Source: the human T2T-CHM13v2.0 reference genome, Homo sapiens. From it: 64,000 bases of DNA. The notes below the pieces were generated by a model that ran no database searches, was not told the DNA's origin, and was given only the letters and a program-made list of their open reading frames with translations. The translations under genes and the position numbers were made by a program. Numbering within the stretch: position 1 is the stretch's first letter; the number at the start of each line of letters is the position of its first letter. This document shows, in pieces, positions 28,299 to 43,099 of this stretch. The stretch is from assembly GCF_009914755.1 (NCBI RefSeq), contig NC_060934.1; one strand, given 5' to 3'.

Positions 28299-29411
28299 TA
28301 ATCTTATGAGATGATTAATCAGAAAGAGCCCTGGGATGAATACATTTGAAAAATGCTGATCTAGCTCTTCTCTCTTGTGGAAATCAATTGCAGCATTTTG
28401 GTAGGGGTGCTGGGGGCAGAATCGGATGACCTTTGCTATTTTGCTGGGTCTTCCCTGGGCCTAAGAAGGTTAACTTTAGAGGATGGCGGTAGAACTCTTT
28501 CTGGGACTTGACCTGCAAGGCAGCTTCCTAGAGGACTTGCTAAAGTCTGTGAAGTAAGTGCTATGTTCCCATCCATGTGCCTAGAAGCCATCACCTGGTG
28601 GTTTATCTTGGTTCCAAGCAGAGAAAAGTAGAGGTTTAAAATGGAACAGTGTGGGCAGCACATGCACATATAGACAAACTTATGCGCAGATGTAAATGCA
28701 TCTTTTCTTTGGGATGCAAAACACTGAAATAGTCTATAAGCTTTTTATTATGGGGGAAGCTGAGTTAAATTGTTAAAAAACCTAACCAAATTTGAACTGC
28801 TCTTCCATCAAAATCATATGTATATTTCATCAGATGTGTACTCTTCAACAAGACTGGAATGTATTTTGTTACTTCCTCTGGAAAGCAATTATTACCACAC
28901 CTTTATAATAGGCTATCTCCAACAACCCCTTTGTCACATTAATTCATCCCACAGCCTGTGATCAAGTAAAATAAAACATTTGGTTACAAAGCAGAGTTGT
29001 TACTTTTTTTTCAAAGTAATGTACAGCATAAATAAATGACAGGTTTGCAGATGTAGGTGATGCTGATAAATTCTTGGGCTTGGAAAATGTACCTTCTCAT
29101 GTGGTTGGAGGCAATCTAAACTAAACCTCTGCAGAGACTCCAAATCATATATAGACCCACTCATTTCTCCTAATAGCCAAGGTACAGGTTGTTGCCAGAA
29201 ATTTGGGCTCCTACGTAATAAGCATCTTTACTTCTTAATTTTAGCATGAGATAGTTGCAACTGTCAAGACACACTTTTGTAAAAATTCTAAGCTCCATGG
29301 GAATCCAGATGCCACTGTGAGAATGACAACAGCCAGCCCTGATATTGTCCCCCCACAGCCAAACAAGTAGATTTTTCTGATGTAAAGTTTCATAGAAAGA
29401 CAGAGTGCTAC

Positions 29412-29467
29412 AATCAAGACAATCTAGCATGTGGTACACATTATAATAGTGGGAAAGGGACCAGTTT
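29412..29467 (+). repeat. 56-bp direct repeat, copy 1 (copy 2 at 38381-38436)
   Basis: AATCAAGACAATCTAGCATGTGGTACACATTATAATAGTGGGAAAGGGACCAGTTT; 54/56 identical to copy 2. Confidence 0.95.
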
Positions 29468-29651
29468 GGGCTAGAGAGAGAGGGGACCCAATACTTTCTG
29501 AGCCTTATCTAAGGGCCAGGCAGGCATTCAGGCACTTGGCATATATTAACTGCTTTAATTCTCAGGGTAATCCTGTGGGCCTGGTGTTATTATCACTGTA
29601 GGATGTCCATTAAATCTGGAAGTCCAGGTATAAGGGACATCCTATAGTGAT

Positions 29652-32600
29652 CATATATATATATATTTTTATATACATTATATATTTATATATAAATAAA
29701 ATTTTTATTACATATATACATTATATACTTATACATAATTTTTTATTTTATTATATATTTATATATCTATATTATATACATTATATAAATTTATATTATA
29801 TATTTATATATGATATAATTATATATCATATATTTATATATTATATAATTATATATCATATATTTATATATGATATAATTATATATCATATATTTATATA
29901 TGATATAATTATATATCATATATTTATATATGATATAATTATATATCATATATTTATATATGATATAATTATATATCATATATTTATATATTATATAATT
30001 ATATATCATATATTTATATATTATATAATTATATATCATATATTTATATATTATATAATATATATGTATATAATATATAAATATATAATATATAAATATA
30101 TAATATATATTTATATATATTTTATATATATATACACATATATATTATATATGTGTATATTATATAATATACACATATATCATATAATTATATATTATAT
30201 AATATATATATTATATATGTATACATTATATAATATATAATGTATACATTATATATTATATAATGTATATATTATATATTATATATGATATAATATATAT
30301 TATATAATATATATGTATATATTATATATATAATATATCATATATAATATATCATATATATTATATATGATATAATATATCATATATAATATATATGATA
30401 TATTATATATGATATAATATATCATATATAATATATATGATATATTATATATGATATAATATATCATATATAATATATCATATATAATATATATGATATA
30501 ATATATCATATATAATATATCATATATAATATATATGATATAATATATCATATATAATATATATGATATATTATATATGATATAATATATCATATATAAT
30601 ATATATGATATATTATATATGATATAATATATCATATATAATATATATGATATATTATATATGATATAATATATCATATATAATATATATGATATATTAT
30701 ATATGATATAATATATCATATATATTATATATGATATATTATATATGATATAATATATCATATATATTATATATGATATATTATATATGATATAATATAT
30801 CATATATATTATATATGATATATTATATATGATATAATATATCATATATATTATATATGATATATTATATATGATATAATATATCATATATATTATATAT
30901 GATATATTATATATGATATAATATATCATATATATTATATATGATATATTATATATGATATAATATATCATATATATTATATATGATATATTATATATGA
31001 TAATATATCATATATATTATATATGATATATTATATATGATATAATATATCATATATATTATATATGATATATTATATATGATATAATATATCATATATA
31101 TTATATATGATATATTATATATGATATAATATATCATATATATTATATATGATATATTATATATGATATAATATATCATATATATTATATATGATATATT
31201 ATATATGATATAATATATCATATATATTATATATGATATATTATATATGATATAATATATCATATATATTATATATGATATATTATATATGATATAATAT
31301 ATCATATATATTATATATGATATATTATATATGATATAATATATCATATATATTATATATGATATATTATATATGATATAATATATCATATATATTATAT
31401 ATGATATATTATATATGATATAATATATCATATATATTATATATGATATATTATATATGATATAATATATCATATATATTATATATGATATATTATATAT
31501 GATATAATATATCATATATATTATATATGATATATTATATATGATATAATATATCATATATATTATATATGATATATTATATCATATATAATATATCATA
31601 TATATTATATATGATATATTATATCATATATAATATATCATATATATTATATATGATATATTATATCATATATAATATATCATATATATTATATATGATA
31701 TATTATATCATATATAATATATCATATATATTATATATGATATATTATATCATATATAATATATCATATATATTATATATGATATATTATATCATATATA
31801 ATATATCATATATATTATATATGATATATTATATATGATATAATATATCATATATATTATATATGATATATTATATATGATATAATATATCATATATATT
31901 ATATATGATATATTATATATGATATAATATATCATATATATTATATATGATATATTATATATGATATAATATATCATATATATGATATATTATATATGAT
32001 ATAATATATCATATATATGATATATTATATATGATATAATATATCATATATATGATATATTATATATGATATAATATATCATATATATGATATATTATAT
32101 ATGATATAATATATCATATATATGATATATTATATATGATATAATATATCATATATATGATATATTATATATGATATAATATATCATATATATGATATAT
32201 TATATATGATATAATATATCATATATATGATATATTATATATGATATAATATATCATATATCATATATATGATATATTATATATGATATAATATATCATA
32301 TATCATATATATGATATATTATATATGATATAATATATCATATATATGATATATGATATATTATATATGATATAATATATCATATATATGATATATGATA
32401 TATTATATATGATATAATATATCATATATCATATATATGATATATTATATATGATATAATATATCATATATCATATATATGATATATTATATATGATATA
32501 ATATATCATATATATTATATATGATATATTATATATGATATAATATATCATATATCATATATATGATATATTATATATGATATAATATATCATATATCAT

Positions 32601-35600
32601 ATATATGATATATTATATATGATATAATATATCATATATTATATATGATATATTATATATGATATAATATATCATATATCATATATATGATATATTATAT
32701 ATGATATAATATATCATATATATTAATATGATATATTATATATGATATAATATATCATATATATTATATATGATATATTATATATGATATAATATATCAT
32801 ATATATTATATATGATATATTATATATGATATAATATATCATATATCTTATATATGATATATATATATGATATAATATATCATATATATGATATATGATT
32901 ATTATATATGATATAATATATCATATATATATATATGATATATTATATATGATATAATATATCATATATCATATATATGATATTATATATGATATAAATA
33001 TCATATATATGATATATGATATATTATATATGATATAATATATTCATATATCATATATATGATATATTATATATGATATAATATATATATATATGATATA
33101 TGATATATTATATATGATATAATATATCATATATCATATATATGATATATATATATGATATAATATATCATATATATGATATATGATATATTTATATATG
33201 ATATAATATATCATATATATTATATATGATATATTATATATGATATAATATATCATATATATATATATGATATATTATATATGATATAATATATCATATA
33301 TATTATATATGATATAATATATCATATATATTATATATGATATATTATTATGATATATATATCATATATATTATATATGATATATTATATATGATATAAT
33401 ATATCATATATATTATATATGAATAATATATCATATATATTATATATGATATATTATATATGAATAATATATCATATATTATATATGAATATATTATATA
33501 TGATATAATATATCATATATATTATATATGATATATTATATATGATATAATATATCATATATATTATATATGATATATTATATATGATATAATATATCAT
33601 ATATATTATATATGATATATTATATATGATATAATATATCATATATATTATATATGATATATTATATATGATATAATATATCATATATATTATATATGAT
33701 ATATTATATATGATATAATATATCATATATATTATATATGATATATTATATATGATATAATATATCATATATATTATATATGATATATTATATATGATAT
33801 AATATATCATATATATTATATATGATATATTATATATGATATAATATATCATATATATTATATATGATATATTATATATGATATAATATATCATATATAT
33901 TATATATGATATAATATATATGATATAATATATCATATATATTATATATGATATATTATATATGATATAATATATCATATATATTATATATGATATATTA
34001 TATATGATATAATATATCATATATATTATATGATATATTATATATGATATAATATATCATATATATTATATATGATATATTATATATGATATAATATATC
34101 ATATATATTATATATGATATATTATATATGATATAATATATCATATATATTATATATGATATATTATATATGATATAATATATCATATATATTATATATG
34201 ATATATTATATATGATATAATATATCATATATATTATATATGATATATTATATATGATATAATATATCATATATATTATATATGATATATTATATATGAT
34301 ATAATATATCATATATATATATGATATATTATATCATATATAATATATCATATATAATATATATGATATATTATATCATATATAATATATCATATATAAT
34401 ATATGATATAATATATCATATATATTATATATGATATATTATATATGATATAATATATCATATATATTATATATATGATATATTATATGATATAATATAT
34501 CATATATATTATATATGATATATTATATATGATATAATATATCATATATATTATATATGATATATTATATATGATATAATATATCATATATATTATATAT
34601 GATATATTATATATGATATAATATATCATATATATTATATATATGATATATTATATATGATATAATATATCATATATATTATATATGATATATTATATAT
34701 GATATAATATATCATATATATTATATGATATATTATATATGATATAATATATCATATATATTATATATGATATATTATATATGATATAATATATCATATA
34801 TATTATATATGATATATTATATATGATATAATATATCATATATATTATATATGATATATTATATATGATATAATATATCATATATATTATATATGATATA
34901 TTATATATGATATAATATATCATATATATTATATATGATATATTATATATGATATAATATCATATATATTATATATGATATATTATATATGATATAATAT
35001 ATCATATATATTATATATGATATATTATATATGATATAATATATCATATATATTATATATGATATATTATATATGATATAATATATCATATATATTATAT
35101 ATGATATATTATATATGATATAATATATCATATATATTATATATGATATATTATATATGATATAATATATCATATATATTATATATGATATATTATATAT
35201 GATATAATATATCATATATATTATATATGATATATTATATATGATATAATATATCATATATATTATATATGATATATTATATATGATATAATATATCATA
35301 TATATTATATATGATATATTATATATGATATAATATATCATATATATGATATATTATATATGATAATATATCATATATATATTATATATGATATAATATA
35401 TATTATATCATATATATTATATATGATATATTATATGATATAATATATATATATTATATATGATATAATATATCATATATATTATATATGATATATTATA
35501 TATGATATAATATATCATATATATTATATATGATATATTATATATGATATAATATATCATATATATTATATATGATATATTATATATGATATAATATATC

Positions 35601-38318
35601 ATATATATTATATATGATATATTATATATGATATAATATATCATATATATTATATATGATATATTATATATGATATAATATATCATATATATTATATATG
35701 ATATATTATATATGATATAATATATCATATATATTATATGATATATTATATATGATATAATATATCATATATATTATATGATATATTATATATGATATAA
35801 TATATCATATATATTATATATGATATATTATATATGATATAATATATCATATATATTATATATGATATATTATATATGATATAATATATCATATATATTA
35901 TATATGATATATTATATATGATATAATATATCATATATATTATATATGATATATTATATATGATATAATATATCATATATATTATATATGATATATTATA
36001 TATGATATAATATATCATATATATTATATATGATATATTATATATGATATAATATATCATATATATTATATATGATATATTATATATGATATAATATATC
36101 ATATATATTATATATGATATATTATATATGATATAATATATCATATATATTATATATGATATATTATATATGATATAATATATCATATATATTATATATG
36201 ATATATTATATATGATATAATATATCATATATATTATATATGATATATTATATATGATATAATATATCATATATATTATATATGATATATTATATATGAT
36301 ATAATATATCATATATATTATATATGATATATTATATATGATATAATATATCATATATATTATATATGATATATTATATATGATATAATATATCATATAT
36401 ATTATATATGATATATTATATATGATATAATATATCATATATATTATATATGATATATTATATATGATATAATATATCATATATATTATATATGATATAT
36501 TATATATGATATAATATATCATATATATTATATATGATATATTATATATGATATAATATATCATATATATTATATATGATATATTATATATGATATAATA
36601 TATCATATATATTATATATGATATATTATATATGATATAATATATCATATATATTATATATGATATATTATATATGATATAATATATCATATATATTATA
36701 TATGATATATTATATATGATATAATATATCATATATATTATATATGATATATTATATATGATATAATATATCATATATATTATATATGATATATTATATA
36801 TGATATAATATATCATATATATTATATATGATATATTATATATGATATAATATATCATATATATTATATATGATATATTATATATGATTATAATATATCA
36901 TATATATTATATATGATATATTATATATGATATAATATATCATATATATTATATATGATATATTATATATGATATAATATATCAATATATTATATATGAT
37001 ATATTATATATGATATAATATATCATATATATTATATATGAATATATTATATATGATATAATATATCATATATATTATATATGATATAATTATATATGAT
37101 ATAATATATCATATATATTATATATGATATATTATATATGATATAATATATCATATATATTATATATGATATATTATATATGATATAATATATCATATAT
37201 ATATATATGATATATTATATATGATATAATATCATATATATTATATATGATATTAATATGATATAATATATCAATATATATGATATATATATTATCATGA
37301 TATAATCTTATATATGATTAATATATCATATATATATATATGATATATTAATATGATATAATATATCATAATATATTAATATATGATATATTATATATGA
37401 TATAATTATTAATATATTATATATGATATTATTATAATGATATAATATATCATATATATTATATATGATATATTATAATATGATATAATATATCATATAT
37501 ATTATATATGATATATTATATATGATATAATATATCATATATATTATATATGAATATTATATATGATATAATATATCATATATATTATAATGATATATTA
37601 TTATGATATAATATATCATATATATTATATTATGATATATTATATAATGATATAATATATCATATATATTATATATGATATATTATATATGATATAATAT
37701 ATCATATATATTATATATGATATATTATATATGATATAATATATCATATATATTATATATGATATATTATATATGATATAATATATCATATATATTATAT
37801 ATGATATATTATATATGATATAATATATCATATATATTATATATAATATTATATATGATATACATATTATATATGTATATATTATATATGATATAATATA
37901 TATGTATATATTATATATGTATATATTTATATACATATATGTATATATTATGTATATATTTATATACATATATTATATATAATATATAATATATACGTAT
38001 ATAATATATAATACACTATATAATATATACGTATATTATATATATTAGATATAATATATACGTATATAATATATAATACACTATATAATATATACGTATA
38101 TAATACATATATACTATATAATATATATGTATATAATACATATATACTATATAATATATATGTATATAATACATATATACTATATAATATATACGTATAT
38201 AATACATGTATTATATACGTATATAATATATATGTATACAATATATACGTATATAATATATATGTATATATTATATAAATTATATATTATATATATGTAT
38301 TATATAAATTATATATTT
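29652..38318. repeat. ~8.7-kb AT-rich minisatellite: 30-bp proximal block, ~7.5 kb of 42-bp units, TACGTA-containing distal block (FRA10B-like)
   Basis: Main unit TATGATATATTATATATGATATAATATATCATATATATTATA, seen as a 14-aa period in the ORF track. 30-bp unit at ~29801-30060, 35-bp variant at ~31980-32250, seven TACGTA sites at 37994-38251. Confidence 0.98.
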
Positions 38319-38380
38319 TTTCACACTTTGAAGACATCTTTAATGACTATACAGCCCTCTCTGTCTAAGCATATGTATAT

Positions 38381-38436
38381 AATCAAGACAATCTAGCATG
38401 TGATATACATTATAATAGTGGGAAAGGGACCAGTTT
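38381..38436 (+). repeat. 56-bp direct repeat, copy 2, enclosed by a 35-bp inverted repeat (38319-38353 / 38448-38482)
   Basis: Direct comparison of the sequences; the IR arms are 31/35 complementary. Confidence 0.93.
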
Positions 38437-40008
38437 CCCACTATATATGTATAGTCATGAAGGATGTATTCAAAATGTGAAATAATAAAAATATTTCCCC
38501 TCTATTTTCTAAGTTGATGGAACCCTGCATTTGTAGATGGGTAAGATGAAGTTCAGCCAGTAATATGGTCACTGGGAATTGGACCTCAACCTGTCTGATT
38601 TCAAAGACCAGGTTTTCTCACGGACACCTCGCAGCTATGACCAGGAGTTTGACTTGCTTTGCAGGGAGGGAGGGCTAGAAAGAGGTCAGAGGTTTGCAGG
38701 TGAAACCTGACCACAGCAGGAATCACTGCAGGCATATAGGCTGTTTGGGAATTGAGCTATCTGCACAATCAGCAGGACTGGCCTTTTAGAGGAGGGTCAG
38801 CTGGGCCTCCAGGCACAAAGTGATGACCCTCTCAAGAAAAGTGAGCAGAATGAGTAAGTGGATGGCAAGTTGGACTTAAGAGTAAAGGTGAGAGGACGTG
38901 GGCTGCCTTCCACCCTGGAAAAAGAAAAAAAAAAAAGGAGTTGCAGGGCTTACCCCAAATCCCTTTAGAGAGTGCTCTGATTGGAATAGAAAAACAAAAT
39001 TTTAAGATCCCCTGCAAGCACCCAAAAAACTCCATTCAGATTTAGAACTCGTAATTCACCGGATGTTTGCTAGGTTGGACCTAGGGCATGAGCCTTAGCT
39101 ATCATTTTCTGCTTGCAGTATCTTATTTTCCACAACTCTCTTAGTTTTGTGGTTTTCAAAATCCCTACCACTGCTTTTGTTTGGAAATTAGTGAAGAGAA
39201 TCTGAAGGCTTTTCTCTCCTGGAGGCCTAGCTAGAATTCCAAATAAGCTGCTCCCTCCGTGAGGCTCAGGCGCAAGCCAGAGGCAAGTGCCAAACCAATA
39301 GCGCCTTGGGGCCTGGGCCCAGGAAGTTCTGTGCCATGCAAGAAGCCCTGCCTTTGTCAAGGAAAAGAAAAATGAGGGAGGCCCATTTGGCCTTTTTCTA
39401 TCCTCATGTAAAGGAGGATTTTGTGCTTAGAGATGATAACTTATGATGTGCCAGATAAAGTGATCATTGGACAGAGCGGCTAAGCTCTCAGTTTTACATT
39501 GATGTTGAGGGAGATGTTACATACAGTATATAATTGTATAGTTAGTTCTCCAGTAGCCTGCTTATTGTCTTCTTCACTGAGCTCTAAAGACCATGAGGAC
39601 AGGTTCTACATCTGCTTCGTTCATTGCTATCTGTACCCTCAGGTTCTAGCACTGAGTACATGAGAGATATTTAATGGGGACTCATGAATGAACGAGCATC
39701 AGGAATGGGTAGTTATGAGTTGTGCACTGAGCACAGGCCATGGGATAGCCCAGAGTCTGTCTCCATCACAGGATAGCCAAGGCAAGGTGGCTTTTAGATG
39801 TGTCACATGAATGAGAAAAGGAGGCAGCAAGTGTGGGAAGGAGTGCAGAAGAGAGGGAGATCACTGAGGCCTGGGATAGTCAGGGAAGGCTTGACAGCAA
39901 AGACAAGCTCAAAAATGCCCTCAAAGTTGGGTTAGGAGAGGCCACACCTGGGGCACCTGATAGCATGAGGAAAGGCAAGCTGAAGAAGATGAGAAAAGTA
40001 CATGGTGG

Positions 40009-40371
40009 ATGGAATATTACTCACCATGTAAAGAAATAAAATAATGTCTTTCACAGCAACTTGGATGGAACTGGTGGCCATTATTCTAAGTGAAGCAACT
40101 TAGGAATGGAAAAATGAGTATCGTATGTTCTCGCTTATAAGTGGGAGCCAAGCTATGAGGATGCAAAGGCATAAGAATGATAAAATGGACTCTGGGGACT
40201 CAGGGGGAAAGTTGGAAGTGGGGTGAGGGATAAAAGACTATATATTGGGTACAGTGTACATTGCTTGGGGATGAGTGCACTAAAATCTCAGAAATCACAT
40301 GGAAGAACTTACCCATGTAACCAAAAACCGCCTGTACCCCCCAAGTTACTGAAATAAAAGTAAAAATTAAT
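40009..40371 (+). mobile_element. L1PB-type 3' end
   Basis: GCTATGAGGATGCAAAGGCATAAGAATGAT 3' UTR. Perfect 17-bp TSD AGAAAAGTACATGGTGG at 39992-40008 and 40372-40388. Confidence 0.93.
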
Positions 40372-40498
40372 AGAAAAGTACATGGTGGGAATGAAAGATG
40401 ACTGCCAAAGCACCCAGGTTTTTGACAAGTGTCTTGGAGATGGTGGGAAGTTAATTGGGGATGGCCTGGCAAAAGTATTTTAAACATACACACTAATA

Positions 40499-40817
<319 letters not shown>

Positions 40818-41954
40818 TTACTCATACATCAGGCCTGTGAGTTAGAAACTATTATTCCCATTTTCTAACAGAAGAAACTGAGACACAGAGAAGTTACGTC
40901 AGTCAGTGTAGACTGTAGTTGACTCCAGATTCTTTGTCATTACTGTCACATAATCTGTCTCTTCACTCAGGTCTGGGCTTAATCTCAGTTTGGGGAGGAC
41001 TATTTACCAACACCCCTCCTGATCTCCCAATCAAGCCTTCACGTAGGTGATGGTATTCTTTAATGTTTTCTTCCTGACTACTGTCATATTTGACATTTGT
41101 TCATTGCTATATTCCCAGATAATCCTTAACAGAGTTGCTTTGGGGTCCTGGAATCAGATATTAGTTGGAGAGGCAGGAAGATTTTGGAGTCTGAAGGGCT
41201 TGGCTCCCAATCTCTACTGTACCCTTCACTAGCTGTGGGACTCGAGGGAGAGTTGTATAATCCATTTGGCAGCACTGTTGGGTGAGGGTATCCCCTTCAG
41301 ACCACAGAGGAGGGAACTGCTGCTCAGAAAGAGCAAATGAATGTGAAGCGCCCAGTCTAGGGCTCTGCATGTGGATTAGAGATGCTTAAAAAATGGCAGC
41401 TATTTCAGTGCATAGGTTTTAGCTAGTAAAGGAAGTTCAGTTTATCACATTGTACTCTCTTGTACAAATGTCCAAACTTTAGATGAATTGTCAAAAAAAG
41501 TAAAAGCAATACATCATGTTACTGTGTTGCTATTTTGACAGCCAGAGAGCTAAATGGGGAGTTTGAAAAGGCAGTGAAGAGCTCTGCGTGCCCGCAAAAG
41601 GCAGGGAAAGGGGGTGAATTGTGTGGCAGGAGTGAAGGACAGATATTCAGGGAAAAAAATGTTGCTGTGGTTACAGCCTAGAAAATAAAAACTCTGCATG
41701 CCAAACAGAAGTCGCTTAAAATTCAGTTGGAATTTATAAGCTGATGAAATAGGTGTTCTTGGAATTTAATTAAACACCAAAACATTGTTCAAGTCTGGTG
41801 AGGAGTTGCCAGCAAATGTGTTTCCGCTGCTCAGGGATGTTGGGGCTGGAATGTTCTGTGGCGTGAACTCTGGCTGTGAGCTAAGAGCATGTCGCTTGCA
41901 CTCACACGATTGCTGTGTCCTGAGTGTGTCTCTTGCTTCAAGTGTGAAAATAGC

Positions 41955-42135
41955 TACAGGGACTAGGGTGAGGAGAGGGGAACACTCCCTTTAGGAGGGA
42001 AACTGGAGGGTGTGCCCAAGACTCAGTAATCAGGATAAATAGTATTTTAATGCACTATTTTAAAAACTCAACATAAAAACCCATGATAAACAAAAAATAA
42101 AATTTTGAATAAGCACAGGAATTGAATAGCACCCT
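41955..42135. mobile_element. Possible small hAT-type MER element
   Basis: ACTCAGTAATCAGGATAAATAGTATTTTAATGCACTATTTTAAAAA resembles a non-autonomous DNA transposon I recall (MER53-like). Family uncertain. Confidence 0.4.
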
Positions 42136-42567
42136 GCCATCTCTGAAACCTAAATTCAGCCTTTATGTTCCAATGTTTAGATAAGAGAACACTGTCTGGG
42201 ACTCTCCAACACGGTGGATTTTTGACAGTCATGATGGCTTCTAGAATGTTCCATGGTCTCCTGTCAAGGGAACTGTTTCTTCCTTCCCCCCTTTATCCCT
42301 CCTCTTCTCCCCTCCCTCTCAGTCAACAAACATTTATGAAGCACCTGCTGTGTGATGCTGTGCTCCTCTGTACCGAGGACTCTGAGATAAACAGGACACA
42401 GACCCTGCTTAGTGAGTAAGACTGACAGGTGAACTGATGATCACAAAGCCTCACTGTAGCAGCAGATGTGCTAACAGCTCTAGGGATTGTCCTTTTGCCT
42501 TTTTACGTCTTATTTCCTCAGCAAGGCTCCAATTCCTTTGTGACCAGGGAGGAGTCAGAATACTCAG

Positions 42568-43099
42568 TGTGATGCTTAACTTTACATGTGGACTTGCCTG
42601 GGCTAAGGGATATTCACATGGCTGGTAAAGCATTTTTTTTTTTGAGTGTCTGTGAAGATGTTTTCAAAAGACATTAGCATATGAATCAGTAGACTGCGTG
42701 AAGAAGGTCTGCCCTCAGCGCTGTGAGTGGGCATCATCCAATCCCTTGAGGGCTTGGACAGAACATAAAAGGTGAAGGCAAGGCAAATTCTCTCTCTCTC
42801 CCTCCTCCACTCCCTCACTTCCTTGAACTGGGTCATTAATCTCCTGTCCTGGGACATTGAAGCTCCTGGTTCTAGGGCGTTTGGACTCCTGGACTTAACA
42901 CCTTTGGCTTCTGTGGTTCTCAACCCTTTGGACATGGACTGACGTACACCACGGGCTTTCCTGGTGCTCTAGCTTGCAGGTGGCAGATTGTGGGACTTCT
43001 TGGCCTCCATAATCTGTGAACCAATTCCTATAATAAATATATAAATATATAAATATATCTTCTATTGCTTCTGTTCTCTGGAGAGCCCTGAGCAATGCC
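42568..43099 (+). mobile_element. MLT2 (ERVL) solo LTR
   Basis: TGTGATGCTTAACTTTACATGTGGACTTG...TCTGTTCTCTGGAGAGCCCTGA; TSD-like CTCAG/CTCAA. Confidence 0.88.

Noticed and set aside
30300-37860. CRISPR-like array
   Set aside because: Tandem units have no unique spacers, there are no cas genes, and the context is primate genomic DNA.
29647-38396. Long Ile/Tyr-rich ORFs (up to 370 aa, MIYYIIYNISYIIY repeats)
   Set aside because: These arise because the 42-bp unit is a multiple of 3 and lacks a stop in one frame. There is no promoter, splice or compositional support for coding.
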